A DNA stretch of 64,000 nt, taken from an uncultured delta proteobacterium. Its GTDB lineage: Bacteria > Desulfobacterota > Syntrophia > Syntrophales > UBA2185. Below, piece by piece: positions 30,742-42,287 of the stretch; within the stretch, counting starts at the first letter, position 1, and each line of letters starts with the position of its first letter. Under the pieces are notes generated by a model that did not search any database, was not told the DNA's origin, and worked only from the letters and a program-made list of their open reading frames with translations. Made by a program: the position numbers and the translations under genes. The stretch covers positions 192,001-256,000 of the forward strand of contig CAVSPA010000004.1 in the NCBI GenBank assembly GCA_963729715.1, in the 5' to 3' direction.

Positions 30742-30900
30742 CCGTACTCCAAGAAGTTTTTAAAACATTTGGAGTTAATGTCTAAATTGATGACCTTAAA
30801 AAAAGGCAGAACCAGAAATGGCGAGCCGATAGCTTAACGTGTTGAAAAAGTGTTTAACATTTATCCCCCTACGAGGTAGAATCTGGTAGGGGGAATTTTT

Positions 30901-32682
30901 TTGATCAAAGGACCAAACCAGCTCGATGAACGTGTCCCGATAGAAGTTGGCGCGATTCAGGTCAACTTCTGTAAGAATCCACAATGCCAGAATTTCGGTG
31001 TTCCGGCGAGTGCCCAGAGGCAGCCCAGAGGGAAGGGAGCAGAGAAACGTGGCAGGGACACTTATAACGTAGTTGGTTCAGGCAGGGGCACGCCCATGCT
31101 ACGGTGCGGTTTTTGCGGCCAATATCCAACAATAAAGAGTAACAGAGCCATCCATGAAGAGCTGAGCCGCTTTTGGAAGCCTTTTGATATCATAGCTATC
31201 CCGACCTGCCCAAACCAGGACTGCCCGAATCATCATATAGATAAAGAGAACGGCAAGACTCACTACCATTCGTTCGGACGGACAAAAGCGGGATCTATAC
31301 GCTATCGTTGCAAGGCGTGCGGCAGAACATTCATTACCGCTTCGGCACCAACGCTCCGGCACCGAAAACCCTACAAAAATGCTGCTATTTTCCGTCTTCT
31401 CGTCAACAAGGTGCCTTTCCGTCGTATCTGCGAGGTGGAAGGGATCAGCATGCCGACTCTCTATCGGAAGATCGATTTTATTCATCGGCAGTGCCTTTCC
31501 TTTGCGTCTGAGAGGGAACGCAATCTGCCCACCATGCCCCTCGCCCGCCTCTATATCGGAGTTGACCGACAAGACTATATGATCAACTGGTCGGACGCCG
31601 ACGACCGTAGAAACATCATTTTTCGTGCTGTCGGTAGCGCTGACAACACGACCGGTTATGTCCTCGGCCTGCATCTCAACTTTGACCCCTCACTGAATCC
31701 GGACGACATAGAGAGGGATGCGATTGCCTCGGGGGATTACGAAGTAAGGCCGGCCTACAGGCAATATGCCCGTCTCTGGCTCCGAGAGGATTATATCGAG
31801 GCCATCAAGAAGACGCGAGCCCAAAGATTTGGCAGCCATGCCGAATCTCTGAAGGGTAATATAGCTGCTACATATGAGGATGCTGACAAGAGGGACGATG
31901 TCGAAGTGTTAGACAATCTGGATGACGATCTTGCTCTTCCGAAAGATGGGATGCAGGTCCGTGGAGAATACACCATGTATGGGCACTTTTTCTTTCTTAG
32001 GAAACTTCTCGATAACACAGAAAAGGTCCGTTTTTTTCTCGATCAGGACTCAGCCTTTAGGGCTGCTTGTCTGTCGGCATTTTCCGATAGGATCAGGGAC
32101 GGACGCTGCGACGCCTTTTACGTTCGGATCAACGCCGAGGCGACCATTGGCGAAAAGCGCCGGATCCTGGCAGAGAATCGGCGCCGCATGGCAGCAATGA
32201 AGCAGTTGCACCCGGACCTGAAGGATTGGCAGGTAAAACTCCTGATGATAAGGGAGAAGATGGCCCAGATGGTTCACATCGGGAAATGGCAGGATCGTTG
32301 GGTGGAACACCCGTTCCCAAATATGGGAGAGCCCGAAAAGGCCATGTGCTACCTGACGGATATCCAGGGGTATGACGAGGACCATCTTGCCTGGCTCTAC
32401 AACAAGGCAAGCCTCCATGCCATTGACTGCTTCTTCATGCAGGTCCGAAGGAGATTGTCTTTGCTGGAGCGACCGATCAGCAGTTCGGCCAGCCCAGGTC
32501 GCCGTTGGTTTGGCTACGGCCCCTACAAACCGGTTATGGTCGGTAAAATACTGGACATCTTTCGTGTCTTCTATAATTTTGTGGAAGTGGGAAAGAACAA
32601 ACAAACCCCAGCTATGCGGCTGGGGCTAGCAAAGGGTAAGATAATGGTCGAGGACATTATCTATTATCAGCAGCAAACCTGA
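30901..32682 (+). CDS. IS1-like transposase (multiple Zn ribbons, HTH, putative DDE domain)
   Basis: Four Cys pairs incl. RYRCKACGRTF, HTH RRICEVEGIS..TLY, C-terminal TPAMRLGL; only long ORF between the TIRs. Confidence 0.8.
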   Translation: MIKGPNQLDERVPIEVGAIQVNFCKNPQCQNFGVPASAQRQPRGKGAEKRGRDTYNVVGSGRGTPMLRCGFCGQYPTIKSNRAIHEELSRFWKPFDIIAIPTCPNQDCPNHHIDKENGKTHYHSFGRTKAGSIRYRCKACGRTFITASAPTLRHRKPYKNAAIFRLLVNKVPFRRICEVEGISMPTLYRKIDFIHRQCLSFASERERNLPTMPLARLYIGVDRQDYMINWSDADDRRNIIFRAVGSADNTTGYVLGLHLNFDPSLNPDDIERDAIASGDYEVRPAYRQYARLWLREDYIEAIKKTRAQRFGSHAESLKGNIAATYEDADKRDDVEVLDNLDDDLALPKDGMQVRGEYTMYGHFFFLRKLLDNTEKVRFFLDQDSAFRAACLSAFSDRIRDGRCDAFYVRINAEATIGEKRRILAENRRRMAAMKQLHPDLKDWQVKLLMIREKMAQMVHIGKWQDRWVEHPFPNMGEPEKAMCYLTDIQGYDEDHLAWLYNKASLHAIDCFFMQVRRRLSLLERPISSSASPGRRWFGYGPYKPVMVGKILDIFRVFYNFVEVGKNKQTPAMRLGLAKGKIMVEDIIYYQQQT

Positions 32683-32725
32683 CTGCAATTATTCACTATG
32701 ACTGCCGGAAAAGATATCTTCTCCA

Positions 32726-32763
32726 AAAAAAGGACTGCCGAATGAGTATCAGCAGTCCTTTTT
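32726..32763. terminator. Bidirectional intrinsic terminator inside the IS
   Basis: AAAAAAGGACTGC...GCAGTCCTTTTT. Confidence 0.8.
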
Positions 32764-32823
32764 CACTTTTCTTCAACACGTTAAGCTATCGGCTCGCCAG
32801 AAATGGTTTTGCCCTTTTTATTG

Positions 32824-34721
<1,898 letters not shown>

Positions 34722-34738
34722 AACCCTTCAATTCGTAA

Positions 34739-36564
34739 GTGTGCCACGAGGCTGCACAAGAGATGAGGGTAGGTCCCTCGAAGCCAGCTTGCAGGAGCGG
34801 GCTGCAAACCACCTTAAGCTGCTGAGGTTAAAAGCCTTGGTGGTGAGCGTTAAGGAAAAGGCAGGGCAATGACCTTGTCAGGTAAGGTTCAGGGAGGCGA
34901 GCGCAAGCAAACTACCTCTGAGGTGTCGAAATGAAAAGGATGATGTCAGAACTGGGGGACTTACGATACTCCAGGATAAGCCCAAAGGGAACCTGTTTAC
35001 TGATTGGGCGGCATCCGGCATAAAGGTAGCGCGAACCTGATCCGGGCTTTTGTGTGGAACGTGGGAACCTGTTGTCCCGATGCTAAGGGAGAAATTCAAG
35101 TGGAGGAAACCACAAGAATGAGAGTACCAATGCGGGACACGGGGGCGGAGCAGCCAGTATTAGGGATGAAGGTTCTGTAATGGAACTGGACTGAAGGGGC
35201 TGCGTTGTTCAGCTTTATTTTCAAGTCAACCAGAAATGGGAGGAGCTTCGTGAATAAAGCAAAGCCGTTTTGTATTTCGAAATGGGAAGTATGGGAAGCC
35301 TACAAACTGGTGAAGGCAAACAAAGGAGCAGCCGGAGTAGACGGGCAATCCATTGCAGAATTTGAAGAGGATGTGAAAGATAACCTTTTTAAGATCTGGA
35401 ATCGGATGTCCTCAGGCAGCTATTTTCCACCACCTGTACGTCGGGTCGATATACCGAAGGACAATGGGAGAACTAGGCCACTGGGAATACCAACAGTGGC
35501 AGACCGCATTGCCCAGACGGTAGTCAAACGATACCTGGAGCCGATCTTGGAAGAATATTTCCATCCGGATTCATATGGGTACCGTCCAGGGAAGTCCGCG
35601 AGAGAGGCCATAGGGGTTGCACGTCAGCGGTGCTGGCGATACGACTGGGTACTTGACCTCGACATCAAACGTTTCTTTGACAATATCGACCATGATCTGT
35701 TGATGCGGGCGGTAAGGAAACATACTGATTGCAAATGGGTGCTTCTGTACATCGAAAGATGACTGAATGCCCCGGCGCAATTGGCAGCCTGATTAATCGG
35801 GATAAAGGGACTCCGCAAGGGGGAGTGGTTAGTCCATTACTTGCGAATCTCTTTTTACATTACGCGTTCGATACGTGGATGAAGAGGCAGTATCCTCAGA
35901 TTGCATTCGAGCGGTATGCCGATGATGGGATATGTCATTGTCGGAGCAAGGCCGAAGCTGAGAGGCTTCGTGTAGCGATTGAAAAGCGTTTTGCTGAATG
36001 TGGGTTGGAGCTTAACTTGCAGAAGACGAAGATTGTTTACTGTAAGGAAGATGATCGGCGAGGAAATTATCCTGAGCAGAAATTTGATTTCCTGGGCTTT
36101 ACATTCCGGCCCCGGAGAGCGAAAAATCGAAAGGGTAAATTATTTGTCGGATTTATGCCTGCAATCAGCAACAAAGCCAAGAAATCGATATGCGATGCTA
36201 TGAGGCAATGGAAAATGCACCGGCAAACAGACAAATCTCTGGATGAGCTGGCTCGAGTGGTCAACCCAGTGTTAAGGGGTTGGATTAACTATTACGGCAG
36301 TTTCTATAAATCAGCTCTTTACCGTGTTTTTCAGCAACTGAACAATATTCTTGTTCGGTGGGCATCCCGGAAATACAAAAGATTGAGGAGGAATAACCAG
36401 AGGGCGAGGCAATGGTTGCAAGGCGTATTTCACAGGCAGCCTAAGCTATTTGCTCATTGGCAACTCTCAAAAGGTAAGGCTGGACAATAGGAGCTGGATG
36501 ACGGGAGACTGTCACGTCCAGTTTTGGGAGAGCGTGAGGGTGAAATCCCCTCGCGCCACTCGAC
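34739..36564 (+). mobile_element. Group II intron, class D-like (IIB, RmInt1-type) with inactivated ORF
   Basis: 5' GTGTG, DV GAGCTGGATGAC..GTCACGTCCAGTTT, DVI ending ACTCGAC; EBS1 TTACGA (34961-66) pairs with exon TCGTAA (34733-38). Confidence 0.88.
35250..36490 (+). pseudogene. ltrA: Group II intron RT/maturase with premature stop and frameshift
   Basis: KPF.ISK...NLFKIWNRMSSGSYFPPPV; TGA at 35760-62 in place of Trp (YIER*L.AP) and frameshift near 35782; GTPQGG and RYADD in second frame. Confidence 0.88.
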
Positions 36565-36728
36565 TCGGATAATGTAGACACAAATTATTATAGTAGAATT
36601 ATTCTAATAGAGAGTGCTATCAAAAAAGGAGCATATTGGATTGTCAATTTATGATGAGTACTCATTCACTAACTTGCTTTTTTGAAAAATATATGTTAAT
36701 ATTTTTCAAAGGTTGGAGAGAGAGGCCA

Positions 36729-36753
36729 GAGGTTGAAATCCTCTCGCCCCGAC
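36729..36753 (+). repeat. attR-like copy of tRNA-Pro 3' end
   Basis: 24/25 identity to 15285-15309. Confidence 0.88.
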
Positions 36754-36883
36754 GATTTAAATTAATCGTCTTTCCTGACGACAATCTCTAGCGGTTGAAA
36801 TTATTTCGAGATCTAATTATTAGAGCGCAGGATTGAAAAGAGACTGCCTTTAGAATATATTCTTATTTCATTCTATCCTATCC

Positions 36884-37582
36884 ATGCTGCAAGTAAAACA
36901 ATTACGATATCATCTTGATAACTTAGGTTATCTTCTTTACGGTGAGAAATGTGCCATGGCCGTTGATGGGGGAGCATTTGGCGAGATTTTGTCTTTTGCA
37001 GAGAGCCATCGTCTAAACCTGGTTTTCGTCACAAATACACACGGACACATGGATCATACGAGTGGCAACGCGGCCCTTCTTAAGCAATCAAATGCCCGAC
37101 TCTTGCGCTATGAAGAGATACATGGCAGTGAAATCGAATTGGAAGGCCGGAGAATCAGAATTTATGATACCCCCGGACATACTGTCGACTCTCTCTGTTT
37201 TCATGCTGACAAGGCCTTGATTACGGGAGACACTCTTTTCAATGGCACTATTGGTAATTGCTTCTCAGGAGATTTGAAAGGCTTTTATCGCTCCATAAAA
37301 AAGATCATGTCCCTGCCTGGAAGTACCATTATTTATGCAGGCCATGACTACGTACACGAAGCGATGGGATTTGCAAGGAGACTTGAACCGGATAACGAGT
37401 ATATAGAAGCATTTTCGAAGAATTATCAGCCCGATCATGTTTTTTCCCGATTGACGGACGAGCTTAAAATCAATCCTTACCTTCGTTTCAATGAGCCCGC
37501 TATCATTGATATCTTGAAGAAGAACGGCCTGCCCACGAAGACGGAGTGGCAAAGATGGCAGTCTTTAATGACCATAGATTAG
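36884..37582 (+). CDS. gloB: Hydroxyacylglutathione hydrolase (glyoxalase II)-like metallo-beta-lactamase fold protein
   Basis: THGHMDH, TPGHT, TGDTLF, GHDY, E...NPYLR. Confidence 0.85.
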   Translation: MLQVKQLRYHLDNLGYLLYGEKCAMAVDGGAFGEILSFAESHRLNLVFVTNTHGHMDHTSGNAALLKQSNARLLRYEEIHGSEIELEGRRIRIYDTPGHTVDSLCFHADKALITGDTLFNGTIGNCFSGDLKGFYRSIKKIMSLPGSTIIYAGHDYVHEAMGFARRLEPDNEYIEAFSKNYQPDHVFSRLTDELKINPYLRFNEPAIIDILKKNGLPTKTEWQRWQSLMTID

Positions 37583-37612
37583 AGAGATGAGGGGAAGTAA
37601 AGCGTCAAACCG

Positions 37613-38633
37613 CTATTTTGGGTGCAATGTCAGGCGATAGGGCTTTACCATGTTCATGGGATTGTATGTGTTCTTTGACTGTGCGAGATTTAAAAGTTTC
37701 ATATCGCTTTCTTTGTTGATGTACTCACAGCCGGCGAACAGATGTTTGGCACATTCGTTATCGAGGAACTGATATAACCCTTTTATAGATGCATGCGCCT
37801 TTTCAAAATTAAGTACACCCATCGTGTCAGTAAGACGCGAGCTTATTCCGAAGGCACAGAATCTGCCATCTATGCGAATCAGAATCCACTTAACCTCTAA
37901 GGCATCAATGTTCTTAAGGGTATTCATGAAAATCAAACCCTGGATACCCCGTGCGGAAGCACGGGGAGGAAAGGGTTTCCGTTCTTTAGGAATTGAGTAT
38001 CATAAGCATGAAGAAAAGCTCCCAAGCAGTTAGATTTTGAGTTTTAATGCCCCGTGCGGAAGCACGGGGTTCTTTACTGTTGCGATCTTTTCGCAGGCGA
38101 GGCTGCCGCCGTTGTCTACTTCGCATTTTCGTAGTTCACACGACTCCTGCAGGAAATTCAGGCATTGCTCATAGTTACCGCTATCTATCGTTTTTATGTC
38201 CACTTTGTATCTGGTCAAGTACCGCTTGCAAAACTGATGGATCAAATTCCTCTGTTTGCTTTGAGTTGGATGAGAGCCGCTTTAGTATAGATGTAATCAT
38301 CGAATTCTTCCTGTGCGTCGCATTTTAAGAGGAAGTCTTCCGGTACAAACCGGTAAATAGAAAAACCGAGCCTCCTTGAGAGAATGAAAAGGTACTCGGG
38401 GGTAATCTCATCCGCAAGAAATATTGGCATGATGAGATGGTCATCGGCTGGATTGTCAGCTGATTTGTCGCAGATAATTAAAGCGTTATCCTCGATTGCA
38501 CATGGGTTTTCAGTTTTTGATTGCTCTACACAATGAGTGATAAGAGGGAATAGTTGCACAGAGAGTATTGCTGACTTTCGAAAAACCCCTTTAGATTGTT
38601 ATAGTCACTCGTTTCTAATTGCTTAAATTCCAT
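37613..38633 (-). pseudogene. DUF2156-like (GNAT-fold) protein, multiply disrupted
   Basis: Fragments MEFKQLETSDY..., DYIY....LIQLK, LIHQF, FEKA....GLYQF, YINKESD; TAG at 38526-28, two further frameshifts, miniature IS at 37937-38077. Confidence 0.75.
37937..38077 (+). mobile_element. 141 bp non-autonomous miniature derivative of the IS200 at 25790-26280
   Basis: Two identical hairpins CCCCGTGC-GGAA-GCACGGGG; 3' part near-identical to 26198-26280; removal restores the host reading frame; no TSD. Confidence 0.9.
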
Positions 38634-38910
38634 AAAGAGCCTTGACGAAAGGGGAATAAATTTATCCTGCGAGCCTTCTCAAGACGTGAAAATCACAGTT
38701 TATGGTGGCAAAGGAAGATAGGTCTGCCACAGGCGGGAATATAAAAATCCCCGCTCTTCATGCCAAGCGGCATTAACAGGATTCTGGAATCTGCCTCGAA
38801 TGTCCTGAAAAGTCAACAAACGATGCAGGAATTGTGCAAGAAGGATAATGGTGGTTAATTGGCGCAGTTTGTGCAAATCAAATCGGAGAAGATCCAATAA
38901 ATAATAGCCG

Positions 38911-38939
38911 TTGACAATCCCAGATCGAATGAATATATA
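38911..38939 (+). promoter_or_regulatory. sigma70 promoter for tRNA-Leu-tig operon
   Basis: TTGACA-N17-TATATA, 8 nt before the tRNA. Confidence 0.65.
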
Positions 38940-38947
38940 GTCAATGA

Positions 38948-39034
38948 GCGAGAGTGGCGGAACTGGCAGACGCACTGGACTTAGGATCCAGCCCGCCTCA
39001 GCGGATAGGGGTTCAAATCCCCTCTCTCGCACCA
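38948..39034 (+). tRNA. tRNA-Leu(TAG)
   Basis: GCGAGAG/CTCTCGC stem, CTGGA-CTTAGGA-TCCAG, long variable arm, CCA. Confidence 0.97.
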
Positions 39035-39077
39035 GATTAGGAGTTAGATTCATAAATATCGAGGGGTTAAGAACGCT

Positions 39078-40382
39078 GTGTTAGAGAGTGCTATCGCCGT
39101 AAGTGTCGAAGACGTCAGTCCGATAAAAAAGAAAATATTATTTGATATTTCATGGTTAGAGGTCAAGAAGGAATTAGACACAGTCTACAAAGACGTGGCT
39201 AAGAAAGCCAAGATTAAGGGCTTTCGACAGGGGAAAGTGCCGAGGAATATTATCGAGTCCTTGTACAAAGAGCATGCAGAAGAAGAAGCCATATCGAATC
39301 TGGTAAATAGATATTATTGGGAAGCTTTAAAAGAAAATAGAATAAACGCTATTGGGCAGCCGGACATAGATCAGAAGGGCATAGAATCAGACAAGAATTT
39401 TAGTTTTACAGCCATCGTGGAAGTGGAGCCGGTCATTGACCCGACAGGGTATATTGGCCTCGAGCTTGAAAAAGAGAAGCGCGAAGTTAAGGATTCTGAT
39501 GTCGAAGCAAGACTTGAAGAGATTCGGGACATGTTCAGCACAATGGAAGAGGTACATGTCGATAGGGGGGTATCGGAAGGCGATTTTGTCGTTATCGATT
39601 TCGAGGGTTTTGTCCAAGGGAAACCCGTCAAGGAGATGAAGGCGGAAAATTATCTCCTAGAAATCGGATCCAAGAGATTTATGCCTGGTTTCGAAGAAGA
39701 GCTCATCGGTATGACGAAGGACAAGACGGAACAAATAACAATTAAATTACCCGATGATTATCATGCGAAAAATTTGGCGGGGGAAGAAATCGTATTTTCA
39801 GTAACATTAAAGAATATTAAAGAGAAGAAACTCCCTGAGATAGATGATAAGTTCATTAAAAATTTTGACAAGTATGAAAGCCTGGACGATTTGAAGAAGG
39901 ATATCAGGAAGACACTTGATGAAGAAAATGTGGGCAGGGAAAATTCTGCTTTCAAGAGTCTCATAATAGAAAGACTCCTCGAATGCAATCAGTTTGAGGT
40001 GCCGCAGGCGTTCGTAAATCGTCAGGTCGCTTATATGATCGATGACACACAAAAAAGACTGGCCATGCGTGGCATGAAGCGTGATGAGACACGCGAACGA
40101 TACAAGGAGCTCTACGACCTCTACAAGGATGAGGCCTCAAAAATAGTAAGAACTATCATTCTTCTGAAAAATATAGGCGAGAAGGAGGCCATTAGCGTAT
40201 CTGACCAGGAAATTGAAGATAAGATAAGAGAACTGGCTCAATTGCGAGGAGACAATTACGATTCGTTGAAAGAATCTTTGCAATCGGAAAATATGACGGA
40301 TGACATTAGAAGCGAGATTTTAAACACAAAGATATTTGCATTCATAGAAGACAAAGCTAAAGTCGAGATAGTTAAGAAATAG
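39078..40382 (+). CDS. tig: Trigger factor
   Basis: GFRQGKVP ribosome-binding motif, FKBP domain; tig-clpP-clpX-lon order. Confidence 0.96.
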   Translation: MLESAIAVSVEDVSPIKKKILFDISWLEVKKELDTVYKDVAKKAKIKGFRQGKVPRNIIESLYKEHAEEEAISNLVNRYYWEALKENRINAIGQPDIDQKGIESDKNFSFTAIVEVEPVIDPTGYIGLELEKEKREVKDSDVEARLEEIRDMFSTMEEVHVDRGVSEGDFVVIDFEGFVQGKPVKEMKAENYLLEIGSKRFMPGFEEELIGMTKDKTEQITIKLPDDYHAKNLAGEEIVFSVTLKNIKEKKLPEIDDKFIKNFDKYESLDDLKKDIRKTLDEENVGRENSAFKSLIIERLLECNQFEVPQAFVNRQVAYMIDDTQKRLAMRGMKRDETRERYKELYDLYKDEASKIVRTIILLKNIGEKEAISVSDQEIEDKIRELAQLRGDNYDSLKESLQSENMTDDIRSEILNTKIFAFIEDKAKVEIVKK

Positions 40383-40400
40383 ATTAAGGAAGGGGAGAAA

Positions 40401-40994
40401 ATGCCCTTAATTCCGATGGTAATCGAACAAGATGGAAGAGGCGAAAGAGCCTTTGATATTTATTCAAGGCTCCTGAGAGATAGGATAATTTTTTTGGGCA
40501 CGGCGATTGATGATGATGTCGCAAACCTGATTATTGCCCAGATGCTCTATCTTGAATCTGACGATCCCGATAAGGAAATATTCTTTTATTTGAATTCGCC
40601 CGGAGGCAATGTAAGCTCGGGAATGGCGATATACGATACCATGCGGTATATAAGACCTTCCGTCTGCACGGTTTGCATGGGTCAGGCAGCAAGTATGGGG
40701 GCATTGCTCCTTGCAGCCGGTGAGAAGGGCAGAAGAACGGCCCTTCCGCATTCAAGGATATTGATCCATCAGCCGCTTGGTGGATTCTATGGTCAGGCAA
40801 CCGATATAGATATACAGGCGCGTGAGATCCTGCGTATGAAAGAAGAATTGAATATAATCCTGGCAAGTCTGACGGATCAACCTCTTTCGAAGATACAGAT
40901 GGACACCGAGAGGGATTACTACATGACGTCTGATCAAGCAAAAGAATATGGCATCATCGACGAGATCATCGTAAAAAGGCAGGGCCCGAACTGA
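40401..40994 (+). CDS. clpP: ATP-dependent Clp protease proteolytic subunit
   Basis: DIYSRLL.DRIIFL, NSPGG, GQAASMG, IHQP, ERD. Confidence 0.98.
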   Translation: MPLIPMVIEQDGRGERAFDIYSRLLRDRIIFLGTAIDDDVANLIIAQMLYLESDDPDKEIFFYLNSPGGNVSSGMAIYDTMRYIRPSVCTVCMGQAASMGALLLAAGEKGRRTALPHSRILIHQPLGGFYGQATDIDIQAREILRMKEELNIILASLTDQPLSKIQMDTERDYYMTSDQAKEYGIIDEIIVKRQGPN

Positions 40995-41010
40995 GAAAGA
41001 GGTATTGTAA

Positions 41011-42273
41011 ATGGTGAGAAAGAGCAAAGATAATCAGGGCGGTCAAGGCATCTTATTCTGTTCGTTTTGCGGCAAGAATCAGAACGAGGTAAGAAAGCTA
41101 GTTGCCGGGCCCGCCGCATATATATGCGATGAATGTATCGAACTTTGCCGATGCATAGTTGAAGAGGAATGTGAGCCCACAATTAGCGAGGAATTTCAGA
41201 AGGGCATACCAGAGCCCCGGAATATAAAGAAATTTCTCGATCAATACGTAATAGGACAGGAAAAGCCAAAGAGAGTTCTTTCTGTTGCTGTCTATAATCA
41301 TTACCGCCGGTTGTTCTCGAATGTAGACCTGGACGGAGTGGAAATACAGAAAAGCAATATTTTGTTGATCGGTCCTACGGGATCGGGAAAGACGCTTCTT
41401 GCGAAAACCCTGGCGAAGCTCCTCAACGTCCCGTTTACAATAGCCGATGCGACGACCCTGACAGAGGCGGGATATGTAGGGGAAGATGTGGAAAACATCA
41501 TACTCAGTCTTCTCCAGAATGCCGATTACGACGTGGAAAGGGCATCTAAGGGCATTGTGTATATAGATGAAATTGACAAGATCGCAAAAAAATCGGGAAA
41601 TCCTTCAATTACAAGGGACGTTTCCGGAGAAGGTGTGCAGCAGGCCCTCCTGAAGATAATAGAGGGAACGCTGGCTAATGTTCCTCCGAAAGGAGGGAGA
41701 AAGCACCCTCAACAGGAATTTATTCAAGTTGACACGACGAACATATTATTCATTTGTGGCGGAGCCTTTAATGATCTTGAAGACATCATTTCGAAGAGAC
41801 TCAGCGCGTCAAGCATGGGATTTGGGGCCGATGTTAAGAGCAAACGCAATAAGAAGATAGGCAACCTCTTAGCGGAGGTTCAGCCGGAAGACCTTCTTAA
41901 ATTCGGTATGATTCCGGAATTTATCGGGCGTTTACCGGTGGTTGCCACACTGAACGAGTTGGATCAGGAAGAGTTGGTGAAGATTCTAATCGAACCGAAG
42001 GACGCGATCACAAAACAATACAAAGTATTATTTGATCTCGAAAATGTTAAACTGAAATTTACAGACGGAGCTCTCCGGGCCATAGCCAAGTTATCTGTGG
42101 AAAGGAAGTCAGGCGCACGGGGATTAAGATCGATTTTAGAAAATACCATGCTTGATATCATGTATGACCTACCTTCCAGGAATGATGTAAGGGAATGTGT
42201 AATTACGGAAGATGTCGTCATGAACAAGGAAAAACCAATATTGATTTTTGAAACAAAATCCGAAACCGCATAA
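41011..42273 (+). CDS. clpX: Clp protease ATP-binding subunit ClpX
   Basis: CSFCGK zinc finger, [20 protein letters not shown]. Confidence 0.98.
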   Translation: MVRKSKDNQGGQGILFCSFCGKNQNEVRKLVAGPAAYICDECIELCRCIVEEECEPTISEEFQKGIPEPRNIKKFLDQYVIGQEKPKRVLSVAVYNHYRRLFSNVDLDGVEIQKSNILLIGPTGSGKTLLAKTLAKLLNVPFTIADATTLTEAGYVGEDVENIILSLLQNADYDVERASKGIVYIDEIDKIAKKSGNPSITRDVSGEGVQQALLKIIEGTLANVPPKGGRKHPQQEFIQVDTTNILFICGGAFNDLEDIISKRLSASSMGFGADVKSKRNKKIGNLLAEVQPEDLLKFGMIPEFIGRLPVVATLNELDQEELVKILIEPKDAITKQYKVLFDLENVKLKFTDGALRAIAKLSVERKSGARGLRSILENTMLDIMYDLPSRNDVRECVITEDVVMNKEKPILIFETKSETA

Positions 42274-42287
42274 AAAGAGAATGAATT

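Larger units (their letters stand above)
30819..32799 (+). mobile_element. Insertion sequence with 28 bp perfect terminal inverted repeats, inserted in a terminator loop
   Basis: TGGCGAGCCGATAGCTTAACGTGTTGAA (30819-30846) and exact reverse complement (32772-32799); GAAA duplicated at 30815-18 and 32800-03. Confidence 0.9.

Noticed and set aside
35228..35239. AACCAGAAATGG, same 12-mer as the IS left junction
   Set aside because: Lies in the intron's ORF-proximal RBS hairpin region; no element there; probably coincidental
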